From NCBI RefSeq assembly GCF_001194135.2, contig NC_068983.1, positions 76,407,224 to 76,449,643 of the forward strand: a stretch of 42,420 bases of DNA, read 5' to 3'. A program made the translations under genes and the position numbers. Positions 21,421-34,720 of this stretch are shown one piece after another (position 1 is the stretch's first letter; the number at the start of each line of letters is the position of its first letter). Origin of the DNA: Octopus bimaculoides. Lineage: Eukaryota. Under the pieces are notes generated by a model. That model searched no databases and was not told where the DNA came from. It saw nothing but the letters and a program-made list of their open reading frames with translations.

Positions 21421-22087
21421 CAAACTTTCAAATACATTATATATTTATTTATACATGCTCATACATAAATTCACACCCGCACGAAAAGAAAACGCTTAAT
21501 CGCCAGTACAACATTAAAAAGGCGAAAAAGGTACTTTCGTGTTTGTGTATGGTCATATATATAAATTATATATGTACGAAAGCTGCATAAAATAGTATAT
21601 TCATTTAAGCTTTTAATTATAATATAAGTTGCATAAAATCCCCGAGTGATTCATTACTGTAATTTTTACATGTATGATTGCAAAATCTCCTTCAAACTCC
21701 AGATCTTCAGAAGAAAATAGTAATTTGATCCATTACACATATGCACACTTTCTCATTACAACCTTATCTCATTCCAATCTTATCTCATTCAATAGAAAAA
21801 AAATAAGCAAACCAACTCGCTGCAGTATCGCTTATAAGAAGACATTATCACACCTTAGCTCACATATCTTAAACAAATAGGAACTTGCTAGAACTTTCCA
21901 TAACGGAATAATTTTTCCGCTGCTGAGCGCACACCGTAAACACAAAGACTATTCAACTCCCGAAAATACATCATTCTTAATAAAATAATTAAAAACAACT
22001 CTATACAATCTCTGGTGAGAATGTCAATGTTGTAATTTTCTCATGTAATACTATACCGCTGTTATAATTGATGAAGGGTAAAACACT

Positions 22088-22400
22088 CTTCGATCATGAC
22101 TGACCATGGGATTGCACCTAGAAAGTTATCCTCCGAGGCACAACTCCGGGAGACCAGCAGTTGCCCGTGCATACCAGTCTCCCCTTGGATAACATTCTAC
22201 CGATGTTATCCAAGGGAAAGGCAAAGGCTTATACAGCATGGGACTTGTGGAGTCGCAACTCATTTCTATAGCTGATTGAACTGGATCAACGTGAAATAAA
22301 GTGTCTTCCCCAAGAACAAAACACAGCCCGGTCCGAGAATCGAACTCACTACCTCATGATTGTGAGCCGGACGCTCTAACTACTGAACCATGTGCCTTCA
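22088..22400 (-). mobile_element. tRNA-derived SINE of a second family
   Basis: Minus strand: A-box TGGTTCAGTAGTTAGAGC, B-box GTTCGATTC, then TTGGGGAAGACACTTTATTTCACGTTG...AAATGAGT central region. Confidence 0.8.
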
Positions 22401-22599
22401 CTGGTGTTATACACCCATATTTTGGGGTGGTGGTGCTGATACGTCTGTGCTGTTATGCACATATGTTTTAAACTACATCTAAAGACCACTTGTGTGATAT
22501 GCAAGTTCATACAAACACGCGCCCAACTTCCGTTTTTTGAGGTCAGTAGCATGCTATGGGATTATAATATCGTAAGGTGTGTCGGCGAGCCAGTTGCGT

Positions 22600-24100
22600 C
22601 TTCTACTCTATAAACACTGGAAGTGTTAGGTCTTCTCTTTCATGCTTCTTTCTTCTGGACAGTAATGACCTTCTTAACGTGTGTCTATACTTAAACAGAT
22701 GATAGAGTTTCTCACTATATTTGCTAGAAGTATCAGAGATATCCTCAAAAGCAATGGAGGAGAAAACCTCTCCAAAATATCTTTACTTTTCGTGCTCCCT
22801 TCATTGTTTCACAAAATAAAAGTCTGTTAATATTATTATTTATCCTGATTGCCTTAAGGCACCCCAAAAGCCAATAATCATATGCTTCCTTATAGTTATT
22901 CAACCAAAAGTTATGTCGTTCAATATCCATACTTCACTTTCTATCGATATACAACAGTTCATCTATTCCCCTCCAAATCTTTCTGCATCCTCTAGTTTTT
23001 CTGGTAATATATTTCCTTTTCCAGTAAGCTATATTTTTCATACGAAATGAAGCAAGTAATATCCAAAGTAGTAGTAAGCATATAACAGACTTAGAAGTGC
23101 TAATTTCCCTGTTCTTCTCTTATCTTTCTGCATTAATGCTGTTTTTTTTAACCGTTTTTTTATGCATGTTGGTGTTCCATATCCTACACAGTTAATAAGG
23201 AGATGGAGCTGACATAAAATATCTGAACACCAATCAGATCCTCGTGCTTTCCAATTCATTATGTTGTTATCCATTTGTGTTCACTTTCTCTTTTGCAATA
23301 TTTATATCATCTTATTTACCTAACGAGATTACTCCTCTATTATATTGAATTTATTTGCTCCAAATAACTGACTAAAGGTTCTTAGCAGCTTCAACATCTG
23401 CGGTTCTTCATCCTGATTGTTCATCAGTTGATAAATGTTCTTTTCACTGTTTTTGAAGAGCCTGTTCTGTTGACACTGCTTTATTCTATGTTTGATATCT
23501 AGTATTTCCCACCTTGTATTGCTTTAATTGTTTGTCGCATCTCCTCGGTTGTTACTTATCCTTGTGATAATAACGCTGTACCTTCTTTGAAGCTATTTTA
23601 CCATGTCTTTCCCTCACCATCTTCGTTTTCCTTAAATCATTTATCCTTCAAGGCATCTATTCAGCAGTTAAACTTGATTCTCAAGTGTTTTCGGGCAACG
23701 TTCTTTATCTACTTTTATATGCTTCACTTTTAACCCCAAGAATGTCTGCAGCAAAAGAGGCTTCACAATATATGAGGTCATTTACTCGTGTCATATTCTT
23801 AACTTTGATTTTCAATAACATTCCATCCGGTCTTTTACTCTTTGGTGCAGTTTTTCACATCGATTCCTCTCAAAGTTGGTAATTTTGTTGTATTACTAAT
23901 CCCCTTCTTTGCAAAACCATTTCCCTTCATGAAATAAAACTTGTTTTCACCCTCACAATGATTTCTAACCTTCAACTGCGTCATCGATCGTTCTTCTATT
24001 TCTTATGAAACTTGCTCTTTTATATAGGCTTCATCTTTCGTTTTAATGACGATCTCTTCCTGTTTAGGATGGGATAGCTTTCTTTTAATAGGATCGGAAC
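22600..24100 (-). mobile_element. R4/Dong-like LINE fragment (pre-RT region and RT N-terminal half), strongly decayed
   Basis: VNDLIYCEASFAADILGVK, QQNRLFKNSEKNIYQL, MNWKARGSDW (WKAPGPDG-like), NYKEAYDYWLLGCLK...INNNINRLL. Confidence 0.75.
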
Positions 24101-24244
24101 TGTCAAATCTAGAAGTATGTTACCATGACCATGTTCACCACTGTTGTCGTCGTCGGCAACAGTAACGTTATCCTCACCAGTACCACCGCCGTCACCACCA
24201 CCATCACCACCACCACCACCACCACCACCACCGCCAGAACTAAG

Positions 24245-25385
24245 TAGGTATTTCTGAATGAGCTTTGGTTATTCATTTCCCTAAATCTCAAGAATTCTAG
24301 TAATGTTTCAGTAGCTTTTTGGACATCTCTTGTTGCCAAAATTGTCCTTTCTTCACTACTTACAACATAATTTACAAACTCAACATCTCAGTAATAGTGG
24401 CGTCTTCTGCATTGTACAATGCTCTGTTTCATTCCTTTCTTAAAAAGTAGAGCCTGTCGATATAGGTCGGTGAGTGTTGTGTAAAGAATGAAGTTTCTTA
24501 CGTCTCTCATGGTTTTTAACGGGTTTTAGCTTCCAGTCGTTAGATGTTTCAAGCTATTTGGCCAGTCCAATTGTGGTGATTTTGTAAGATGTTTCAAATT
24601 GGAGCAAACAACAATCTTCTTGGGCTCTGGGAAGGTTTAGACGATCTACGTCAGCCTTTGGGTGGTACATCTTATTACAAGTGAGCAGCATACAGAGTTT
24701 CCTGTCACCCTTACTTATTTCACTCATACTGAAGTTCAAGACATTTAAACTGTAATTAACAGCTGGAACTGCCAGGAATTAATGGCTAACACCGTTTTAC
24801 GTGCATTTAACTTAGATTTTAGGACTTCTCGGTCTCTCATGTAACATTCCTTCACGATCTTTTCTTTCGTGCTTGCATGCTGAATGCCAGAGCTCTAATT
24901 TATTTCGAGGTATTTGTAAGTTCCTCCTCAAATTGTTATTTAAATGTGTCAACATCTAACACCACTGAATTTGTGATCTTCAATTTACCTTTCTGGAAAG
25001 TGGCCTTGTCACATTTCTCAAGACCAAATTACATGCCGATGTCTTCACTGAATGCTTTCACAGTACTCAATAGCCCTTGAAGCTCATTATCATCTTTGCC
25101 ATAGAGTTTTAAGTCATCCGCATAAAATAGATGGCTCATTTTCTGGTCATCAATTTTATACCCATGCCCTATTCTGTTAAGTTCATTTGTACGGGGTATT
25201 AGGGCTACGCAAAAAAAATTAGAAGTGAAAGTGAGTCACCTTCGAAAATGCCATGGCTGATATTAATCTTGTTTGTAATCAGTACTCCATTAGAGTGGGA
25301 TAATTGGACATTCGTATTCTGCACTGACATGTTGTACTTCCAGAAGTTTGAAATCAAAGGAGAAATTTTGAAGATATCCAGTGAT
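24245..25385 (-). mobile_element. R4/Dong-like LINE fragment (RT core)
   Basis: KSLDIFKISP...GIFEGDSLS...SHLFYADDLKLYGKDDNELQGLLSTVKAFSEDIGM*FGLEKC...HPKADVDRLNLPR. Confidence 0.9.
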
Positions 25386-25386
25386 T

Positions 25387-25398
25387 TCATTATTATTA

Positions 25399-25448
<50 letters not shown>

Positions 25449-25493
25449 ATTATTATTATTATTATTAATATTATTATTATTATTATCATCCTC

Positions 25494-25571
<78 letters not shown>
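25387..25571. repeat. (ATT)n-(CAT)n compound microsatellite
   Basis: Direct reading; separates two R4-like fragments. Confidence 0.95.
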
Positions 25572-25572
<1 letters not shown>

Positions 25573-26125
25573 ATGATATTATTATATGCCAATTTCATTA
25601 TCAGGAATGCTGTCTTGAAGTTTGTTGAAAAGAAGATATCTCGAGTTTTCCGATTTCTATAGAATTGCACTTTTCTTTAGAGCGGTAATGCTCATCGATG
25701 TCCCAATATTTTCCTGTCTTTGAGTTGGCAGTTTTTGAGTTGTGCTCAAATCTCTAGTTACTATGTGTACGATAGTTACATTTCACTTCCAGAATTTATT
25801 AATCTGTCTAAGTCCTGCAATTTCTCAATGTTTTAAAAAAATTATTTGGTGTCAACTCCACTATCATATGGAATTGCAAAGTCACTGTAAGTTTATTCCC
25901 TTTGCGACTACATGTCTTCCTTTTGCTTCAATAGTATGGTTAGTGTTTGAGATGAAATCCCATAAAATTCTATAATTATCAGCCACCATTATAGCCTTGG
26001 CTCGCGTTCATATCAATTGGCCGCCACTTTCGTGCCTGCACTTATAGGCTTTATGCGTTAGCTTACTGTATCCACTTTAGCGACGGTTAATGTGTTCGTC
26101 TATCCTCCTTTTCATCGTCGGCGTA
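25572..26125 (-). mobile_element. R4/Dong-like LINE 3' fragment (zinc-knuckle remnant and RLE)
   Basis: EHINRR*SGYSKLTHKAYKCRHE, NYRILWDF...NHTIEAK, DFAIPYDSGVDTK across frameshifts. Confidence 0.7.
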
Positions 26126-26144
26126 TTTGATATTCTTCTTCTTC

Positions 26145-26180
<36 letters not shown>

Positions 26181-27349
26181 TACCCAAGAAGTTTATAACA
26201 TATCGAATTCGAAAAATGCGTTAGGCAACATTTAAGACAGGATAATTAAATAGAAATGCTAATAAGATGTTAGCTAAATAAACTGAGATAAGAGAATTAC
26301 AACAACCACTACATACAAATAAGTAGAAAGCATGTTATAGTTATGGTGTTCAAAATAGAATTGCAAGTGAACTATCAAGAGTAATCAAAAATCAACGACA
26401 GCTTAACAGGACCCTTGCATGAGTATGCTTACCATAACAGAGAGTTAGGGAGTGCCTTATGTAATTACGAAATTATTATAGTCGTAACCTAGTAAACTAT
26501 CATAATGTATCCTATTTAATTGTGTTGCCGCTTGGTTATCTAAGATTATCAGAAAACAAATAATCCTGGAATAGATGATATTTACTCTCGGGTGGAGAAT
26601 TGCCGCGAAATGCAAGAAGTATTACGAGCGAGACTGAAATGATATTTCGGCACGATGGAAATGTTCAAGGGTCGGCAAAGCCCGTAATAAAAGGAAGACA
26701 TTTTATTTCACTTACTCATACACAAATGCATATGTGATTCGTGCTTTCAATCATAGTTATTCCATGCAAATTTTACTTCTAGCCGGTTAACCTTCTCAGT
26801 CTAGCAGTCTCTAATACACACTACCACCTCCTGCACAAGAACACAAATAGGGACGAACAATTCCGATTCACTTAATATTTTAAGTTTCTCACTGTTGCCC
26901 TTCATTCTCAAATACAGAAGTTTTATATTGGATACACATCAACGTAACATACGTTGGTATATTTCATCTCCATCTCTACTACATTGACAAAAAGGAACTG
27001 CGTATTTCAATACGAAATAAATAATAACCAAATAAATAATAAATAACAAATAATAATTTAAGGAATAATAAGAAAATAAAAGATAAATAAAACTTTCACG
27101 AACTTAAAACGGTTTAACAGGGAATACCCTCTCTTGCAAATGGAAACACTACACTGGCCAGAAATATGAATCAGGTACAAATGGCTCAAAACCAGTCTTT
27201 ATTTCTTGCTCCATTACAAATCGAATGCACACATTGATACGTTTCAACTTTAAGGGAGGTAATTCGGTGATGTGAAATAGCAAATAAACGGTCGTGGGCG
27301 CGGAAAAAGAAGAATAAATTTTCAAAAGGACACAGAGAAAGTGAATTAG

Positions 27350-27740
27350 ACTCTCTGTGTAGTAAGTAGCTTGCTTACAAACCACATGGATCCGAGTCCA
27401 GTCCCACTCCGTGGCACCTTGGGTAAATGTCTTCTACTATACCATATGGCCGGCCAAAGCTTTGTGAGTGGATTTGGTAGACGGAAGCTGAAAGAAGCCA
27501 GTCGTATGTATATATATTTATATATGTGTGTGTGTGTGTTTGTCCCCGCCAACATCGCTTGACAACCGCTGCTGGTGTGTCTACGTCCCCGTAACCAAGC
27601 GGTTCGGCAAAAGAGACCGATAGAATAAGTACTAGGCTTCCAAAGAATAAGCCCTGGGGTTGATTTGTTCGAATAAAGGTGGTGCTCCAGCATGGCGGCA
27701 GTCAAATAACTGAAATAAATGAAAGAATAAAAAAGAATAA
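27350..27740 (+). mobile_element. Near full-length tRNA-derived SINE with CORE-like centre and CR1-type tail (OR-type)
   Basis: Head TGTGTAGTAAGTAGCTTGC...; GTGGCACCTTGGGTAAATGTCTTC; internal (TA)(TG) repeat; tail GGTGGTGCTCCAGCATGG...GAAAGAATAAAA. Confidence 0.8.
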
Positions 27741-27818
27741 ACAATTCGAATGATATTCTACCGACGGCGTAACCATGAGCATTCGCTACCTTGTGCAGCA
27801 ACGCTGAGACTCGTTGTA

Positions 27819-28552
27819 CAGGGAGGCCCAAAAATCACTGGGGGAGGGCAATTTTTGATAATTCTGTTTTTTGTCATCTTTGTTTTGTTTTCAGGGACTG
27901 TATGGGAAAATATGGTAGCGCACAATGCACACGAGTGATGAAATAGTTCTATCAAAATCAGGGGTCAAATAATTCAAATCCATAGAAGTGCCCCAAATGA
28001 GAGATTCTCCAAGTGAAAACACAATTAGAAACTTAGTCTGTCGTTTTGAAAAAACAAGGGCAGTAAGTGATCTCCCACGATCTGCAAGATCTGATGAGGT
28101 AAGGGAACGTCAGAACTGATGAGTTAAGGGAACACTGCCAGAGCTGAGAGGTAAGGGAACGAGTACAAGAAAGTATTGAACAGAATCCGGGCACGTCGAC
28201 TCGAATTTGGTCTAGACAGCTTGAAACTTCACAAACCTCGCTGCAAACAGTTCTCAGGAGTCTTAACCTTTTCCCATAAAAGATAAGTTGGTGTTGGTTC
28301 AACAGTTGAAGCCCCACGATTGTTAACACAGGGTCCATTACGCTATCAAAATCCAGGAATTGGCACAAAATGACTCAAATTTTACACAAGAATTGATCAT
28401 GTCTGATGAAACTAACATTTATTTGAATGAGTTGATCAACAGAGAAAATTGCCGATTTGGGGGCACTGAGAATCCGAAAGCACTACACGAAAGAGAATTG
28501 CACCCCATAAAGTCTGAAGATGTCATTAAAAATATCATTTTTCCTCACGTAA
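27819..28552 (+). mobile_element. Tc1/mariner-superfamily (Tc3-like) transposon relic, internally deleted
   Basis: TA+CAGGGAGGCCCAAAAA left end; PSENTIRNLVCRFEKTRAVSDLPRS, NPGTSTR, IMSDETNIYLNELINRENCRFGGTENP..LHP.K; jumps to the C-terminal IIFLT*; right TIR not found. Confidence 0.8.
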
Positions 28553-29383
28553 TGCAGAGCTATGTTGAAAAATGACTAATGCTAATTGGTCGCCATTATC
28601 TCTTCCGTACTGAATTAAAATTTCATACATCTATTTGTAAAAATAAGGGTGTTATTAAATAGTAAGCCTCCTCAGCAATTTCTGGGCTATATTTTGAGAA
28701 GAACCGATGAACAAATACCTAAATTATTACATATAAATGTTTTTGGCTTTAAAACAAAAAAAAAAAGAAAAACTTTTTCCGCACTAATGCATTCCATGTT
28801 CCTTTTCAGACTTGCTTCTTCTTCATTCTTGTTATTACTTCAATTATTTTCCCTTTTTTTTTTATAATCTATTAAACTTCACTTTCAAATGCATGTCTGT
28901 GTATATATGTATATGATATGCAGACCAAAAGCGCACTTGAAATCACGATAGTCTACAAACAGTTTAAACGAACTTCTTATAACAGTCTATTTTACTTTCA
29001 TCTTCATAAATTTCAGCCGGTTAGCGTGACATACCTTAATTTATATCAATATTATGTTAACGCGAGACAAATAAGAGCCTACCAACTCGAGATCACCACT
29101 CGTTAAGCGGAAAACTATATTTTGTCATTTATATTGGTTGTCATCAAATACCTCGGTTCTGAAGGGCAAGGTAAGGATGATAACACAAAGAAAGTAAGTG
29201 CTTCATTAAAACGGTTATTTTCAACTGGCTACACTATCAAATACCATCACTGAGCAGAATGCGCTTCCAATAATGTTCACTTTACACTTCTCTTCTGTTG
29301 GGTCCGAAATGTTGATTAACATATTTCTGTATGTTTGTGGAGAAAAGAAATCCCCACATGCACACACACACACACACACACAC

Positions 29384-29748
29384 NNNNNNNNNNNNNNNNN
29401 NNNNNNNNNNNNNNNNNNNNNNNNNNNNNNNNNNNNNNNNNNNNNNNNNNNNNNNNNNNNNNNNNNNNNNNNNNNNNNNNNNNNNNNNNNNNNNNNNNNN
29501 NNNNNNNNNNNNNNNNNNNNNNNNNNNNNNNNNNNNNNNNNNNNNNNNNNNNNNNNNNNNNNNNNNNNNNNNNNNNNNNNNNNNNNNNNNNNNNNNNNNN
29601 NNNNNNNNNNNNNNNNNNNNNNNNNNNNNNNNNNNNNNNNNNNNNNNNNNNNNNNNNNNNNNNNNNNNNNNNNNNNNNNNNNNNNNNNNNNNNNNNNNNN
29701 NNNNNNNNNNNNNNNNNNNNNNNNNNNNNNNNNNNNNNNNNNNNNNNN
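29384..29748. other. Assembly gap (N run)
   Basis: Flanked by (CA)n and (TA)n. Confidence 1.
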
Positions 29749-30416
29749 TATATATATATATATATATATATATATGCATATTAATGCACTTACTCATACG
29801 TGTTCCAATTCTGGCTATAATTTACTTAATGTATACACATATCAGCTATAAGAAACATTTACACTCTGCTGGAAACTACATTTTCACAGCTTGAGACCGA
29901 CATGATTCAATGAGTTGCTATTCAATAAACAAATGCTTTGTTCTCATTTAACAAATACCATTTTATAACTAAACAGGTATATAATTTATGTTATTGAATT
30001 TTCTTCATACTTTTTTCATGACGAACATAATATTGTTGTTGATGATGACAACGGGTATGAAAATTATATCTTTATGGTAATGATGTCGTGAGGCATAGAT
30101 CAGTTGTGATTGATGTTGCTGTGTATTATTATATTAACTTACTGGTTTCAGTCAAGTAGCAGTAAATATGCTGACGCACTGCCTTCATAGGTTTTTAGTA
30201 CTAATTTCAATGTTACGGTTTCTCAATAGCATTCTGCTGCGTGGGTAGTTGGTCGTTTAAGAGAAATTGACACATGGTGAGATGCTGTTCGGCGTATGCA
30301 TATAGAAACATGCACACGCGAGTACACAAACACCTACGCTCAAGCACATTCAATACATGTAAGCAAATCAATCATACGAACACTCACTGACACTCACTTA
30401 TACATACGTGGTTACA

Positions 30417-30463
<47 letters not shown>

Positions 30464-30464
30464 A

Positions 30465-30512
<48 letters not shown>
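30417..30512. repeat. (TATC)n microsatellite
   Basis: Direct reading. Confidence 0.95.
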
Positions 30513-30514
<2 letters not shown>

Positions 30515-30527
30515 ATAATCTGTATAA

Positions 30528-30648
30528 TGATTTTAAAATTTGGCACAAATCCAGCAATTCTGGAGGAGGGGATAGGTCGATTACATCGAATCCAATGTTT
30601 AACTATTTAAATTATTTTACCTATTTCATCGGGCCCCAAAAAGATGAG
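30528..30648 (-). mobile_element. SINE 3' half
   Basis: TTTTAAAATTTGGCACAAATCCAGCAATT...GTCGATTACATCGA. Confidence 0.65.
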
Positions 30649-31991
30649 AGAATTTTCCTTTTTAAGCATTTTCTTCGCTATGCTAACAATTATGCAATCA
30701 AGGCGCCTTATTAAGAATGATTGCCTCATCTTGTCAGATGAGAGCCTTCTTACATTGAGCCTCACTGTTGTGATTTACTTCCATCCCTGCATGTCCGAGA
30801 ATACCCATCAAGAAATGAATAGCATTGAGATATCTGCACCAAACTGGATTCAGGTGACAAAAGCTTGTACGACATTTTTGCCATTCTCTCAAAGTAAATT
30901 CCGGTGACAAGCATTGCAATATGACTAGTACAACTTTGACTGCAATATTTATGTTAGAGTATCATTCTCCTAGAAGTGCTACCTTGTCCAGGTCTTTGCG
31001 AAAAATAACGAGAGCCTTTCTACCTTTTGGACATCTATAATACCCATAGACGTTGGTGTTTGGTGCAACCATATGATAATGAAGAAATAACATATTTCAG
31101 TCAACACTGGTTCCATAGATTTTTAGTAAACCTTACATAGAGACAATGGAAAGATTTAAACAGGTCATTTTATGCAAAGTCAACGTTGAGAAATATTTAT
31201 TGAACGCACATAATAGTTTCAGTCTGTACCAAAAGCTAAACAATAGGCTACATGTGTCTAAATTCTCATACAAACGCTGCGTATATATTTAACATGATTA
31301 AGGGATTTATTGAATTGGACGCACGAATTTCCATAAATAATGCATTAGCTTCTTGAATAAATTGGTGGTGCGTTAGAAGCGTTAAATTTTGGTATTACAA
31401 TGTACTGCAGAGTGAATCTATAGACTACAGACAATACATTGTAATTTACATTTAATGAAGTAAAGTATTAACTCGTGGAAAAATCGTATATTTGTATGAT
31501 ATATCCATGGGCAGGAAAAGTGAGACAATGCACTGTTGTTCATTATATCATTGCCTGTATGTATATATGTCTGTATGTGTATGTGTTTGAGTGTATGTGT
31601 ATGCGATTGAGTGTATGTATTTGCACGCATGTGTTTGTGTAAGTGTGAGTGTATACTTGCGTGTGCGTGTCTGTGTGTGTGTCCGTGTCTGAGTGTGTGT
31701 TCGTACGGGCGTATGTATGTGCTTGTTTGCTTATTATATCAAAAGTCGACAGTCTAGAATGAACAAGATTGATCGAACGCGAAACGAGTCACAATTGATG
31801 GGAACAACGCATCCTGGTTCAAGATTCGGAGAATACTATCAAATATTAAAGTGTTAAAAATATCTGAATAGTCCATTGAGGGCATGGCGGTTTGCAGTAG
31901 ATAATGTTTGAAAAAAAAACTTAATGGATTTTATTGTTACATTGTGATCTACATACATACGTGGATATATGTATATATATATATATATATA

Positions 31992-32177
31992 NNNNNNNNN
32001 NNNNNNNNNNNNNNNNNNNNNNNNNNNNNNNNNNNNNNNNNNNNNNNNNNNNNNNNNNNNNNNNNNNNNNNNNNNNNNNNNNNNNNNNNNNNNNNNNNNN
32101 NNNNNNNNNNNNNNNNNNNNNNNNNNNNNNNNNNNNNNNNNNNNNNNNNNNNNNNNNNNNNNNNNNNNNNNNNNNNN
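31992..32177. other. Assembly gap (N run)
   Basis: Flanked by (TA)n. Confidence 1.
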
Positions 32178-32566
32178 ATATATATGTGTGTGTGTGTGTG
32201 TGTATATATGTATATACACACAGACACACACACATATATACATATGCATTCACATATTAATGTATATAGTTTTCCATTGCTATGAAATAATAACGCTGTG
32301 TGAAACTACATTCTTCTAGCTTGACAGTGTGATAATTCAATAAATTGGTATTCAATAAAAAATGTTTTGTTTTCACATAACGAATGCCATTTTACCACTT
32401 ACCAACGGTATAAATTAAATTTATTGAATTTTCCGCTTGTTCTTGTTTCGTAAATATCGTATTGCTGTCGGCGATGATGAAAATATGAAAATGATGATAT
32501 TGCTATATCGAAGGGATCGTGGATAATGTGACATGTGTCTGTGTGTGCGTATGTGTACACACACAC

Positions 32567-32618
<52 letters not shown>

Positions 32619-32624
32619 GTATAT

Positions 32625-32812
32625 AGTCTTTTATTTTTTACTTGATCCCGAGATTAGACCGGTGTCTTGGACAATTTTTAGTCGAATGAACTGACTCCAA
32701 TACCTAATTTCGTTTTCGTGCTAAGCCTGGTACTTATTCTATCAGTATCTGTTTTCGATCACATACATTACGGTGGCGTAAATATATCAGCACTTATTGT
32801 CATTGCCAAGGG
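32625..32812 (-). mobile_element. OR-type SINE 3' portion, degenerate, running into a gap
   Basis: TTTTACTTG...TTTAGTCGAATGAACTGAC...AAGCCTGGTACTTATTCTATC is the reverse complement of the 27600-27730 segment. Confidence 0.6.
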
Positions 32813-33205
32813 NNNNNNNNNNNNNNNNNNNNNNNNNNNNNNNNNNNNNNNNNNNNNNNNNNNNNNNNNNNNNNNNNNNNNNNNNNNNNNNNNNNNNNNN
32901 NNNNNNNNNNNNNNNNNNNNNNNNNNNNNNNNNNNNNNNNNNNNNNNNNNNNNNNNNNNNNNNNNNNNNNNNNNNNNNNNNNNNNNNNNNNNNNNNNNNN
33001 NNNNNNNNNNNNNNNNNNNNNNNNNNNNNNNNNNNNNNNNNNNNNNNNNNNNNNNNNNNNNNNNNNNNNNNNNNNNNNNNNNNNNNNNNNNNNNNNNNNN
33101 NNNNNNNNNNNNNNNNNNNNNNNNNNNNNNNNNNNNNNNNNNNNNNNNNNNNNNNNNNNNNNNNNNNNNNNNNNNNNNNNNNNNNNNNNNNNNNNNNNNN
33201 NNNNN
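32813..33205. other. Assembly gap (N run)
   Basis: N run. Confidence 1.
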
Positions 33206-34720
33206 ATATATATGGATGAATCACCCACCCCTGTGAACGACCTGGCAGAAAAGGATAGTGGAGCCAAAGAAGCAGCAACTAGACGCCCCTCTGTGCCAGT
33301 GGTCCTACAAAGGAAAGGAAGGAAGGAAAAAGAAAAGGCAAAAATGAAAAAACCAAAACCGAAAGCACAATCCGCTAAACAAAAAAAACAGAAAACCTCA
33401 AGGAGGATCCAATGCCATCCAAAAGCCGACAGGATAGAAAACATTTGGAAGGCACCCAAGAACTTGCAAATTTTAAGTACAAGGCAAATGTTGGACTGGG
33501 GAAGATGGCAAAATCTGCCAGTTTACCCACCCGACACCCTGCAAAAGCTATAAAGGCCTTAAGGAGAAAATCTTCCCTGAAGAAAGACAACAGATGTCTC
33601 CAAGGAAAAAATTTTACAAAAGGAGTGTACATGGCGCAAAAGATTGTGCAGCAGCTGACGTGGCTGCACCAAGCACAAACAAGGAACCTTGCCCACCACT
33701 GCGCAAGACCACCACAGTCAACAGACATGGGACGACTTCCCCTAACGCCTGCACAGTCCTCACGCCAATATTGTTACTAAATATTGGGGACTGTTGCATT
33801 ATAATAAAAGAAAAATTTCTTCCCTGAGAGACCTTGCTGCATGCAATCAAGCCCTATGCATAGCACGCGTGGAAGCTCACCTCAGCCGTGATATAGAGGA
33901 TGCAGAAGTACACGTACCAAAATATGTCATACTGCGAACATACAGAAGGTAAAGGAGCCATGGTGGATTTGCTGTATACATCCGTGACGACCTCATACCC
34001 CAGGTCTTACTGTCATACCCAAATTCGGTATGTGACACTCTAACTGTATACATAAGACGACATGATATAGTCATATGCAATACATATTGCCCACCGGATG
34101 CTCCAAACCGCATAGGCAAATTTGAAGATTGCCTCACAAGAATTAAAGAAATCCTCATGGAACTGGAACACCACGTGACCATATTTCTTATGGGTAATTT
34201 CAGCGTCCCCAATGTCAAATGGCCCGAAGGTTTCATACTCTCAGGAATGGCTCATCGCAAGCAAGCACAAGTGGAGTCCCTGCTCAACCTCACTAATACC
34301 CTATTCATGGAGCAAGCTGCTCTCAGACCAACTAGAGCGAATAACGTTCTGGATCTCTGCTTCACGAACAATATGGGCATCATTCATGACGTGAAAGTGA
34401 AGCCGACATTAGTCTCGAATCACAACATAATAGGGCTGTCTATGTTTGGGCCGAAAGTAACCAGAGAATACAGCCTAAAGGAAACACCCGAAATCTCTCC
34501 AATCTGAACTTTCACAAAGCAAAGTTGAAACCGATCCAAAAAGAGATCCTCAGAGAGGACTGGCCAAAATGTCTCTCCACACCAGACATTGACATGAAAC
34601 TAGAATGTTTCATGTCTTTTGTGAAAGCCACATGCCAGAAATATATCCCAGAGCACAAGACCAAAACAAATAGGAACAAGATTCCGAAGGAGAGGAAAAT
34701 CTTCATGAGACGACGGACGA
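33206..34720 (+). mobile_element. Second CR1-group LINE relic (ORF1 with CCCH finger, APE, start of linker), 3'-truncated
   Basis: CKF*VQGKCWTGEDGKICQFTH (33465-33530); APE ILLLNIG, EAHLSRDIEDAEVHVPKY, SHGGFAVYI, YCPPD, FLMGNFSVPNVKW, PTRANNVLDLCFTN, SNHNII; linker LNFHKAK...IFMRRRTK homologous to 1195-1410. Confidence 0.9.

Noticed and set aside
25205-25670. Poly-M/I/N/D ORFs and similar ORF-track entries over microsatellites or N-gaps (e.g. 2460-2975, 5591-5954, 29273-29894, 31854-33459, 36317-36716)
   Set aside because: Translation artefacts of simple repeats and N runs.
22600-26125. Single full-length R4 element in scrambled order
   Set aside because: The RT pieces overlap in domain coverage and differ in sequence, so separate copies are more likely.
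27121-27174. 54-nt exon-like segment (AG...CAG|GTAC)
   Set aside because: Purine-rich acceptor region, two open frames, no homology; similar weak candidates at 11060-11093, 29165-29193 and 30738-30853 also not called.
28091-28133. CTGATGA motifs as hammerhead ribozyme cores
   Set aside because: No stem II or GAAA partner; they sit inside the transposase coding frame.
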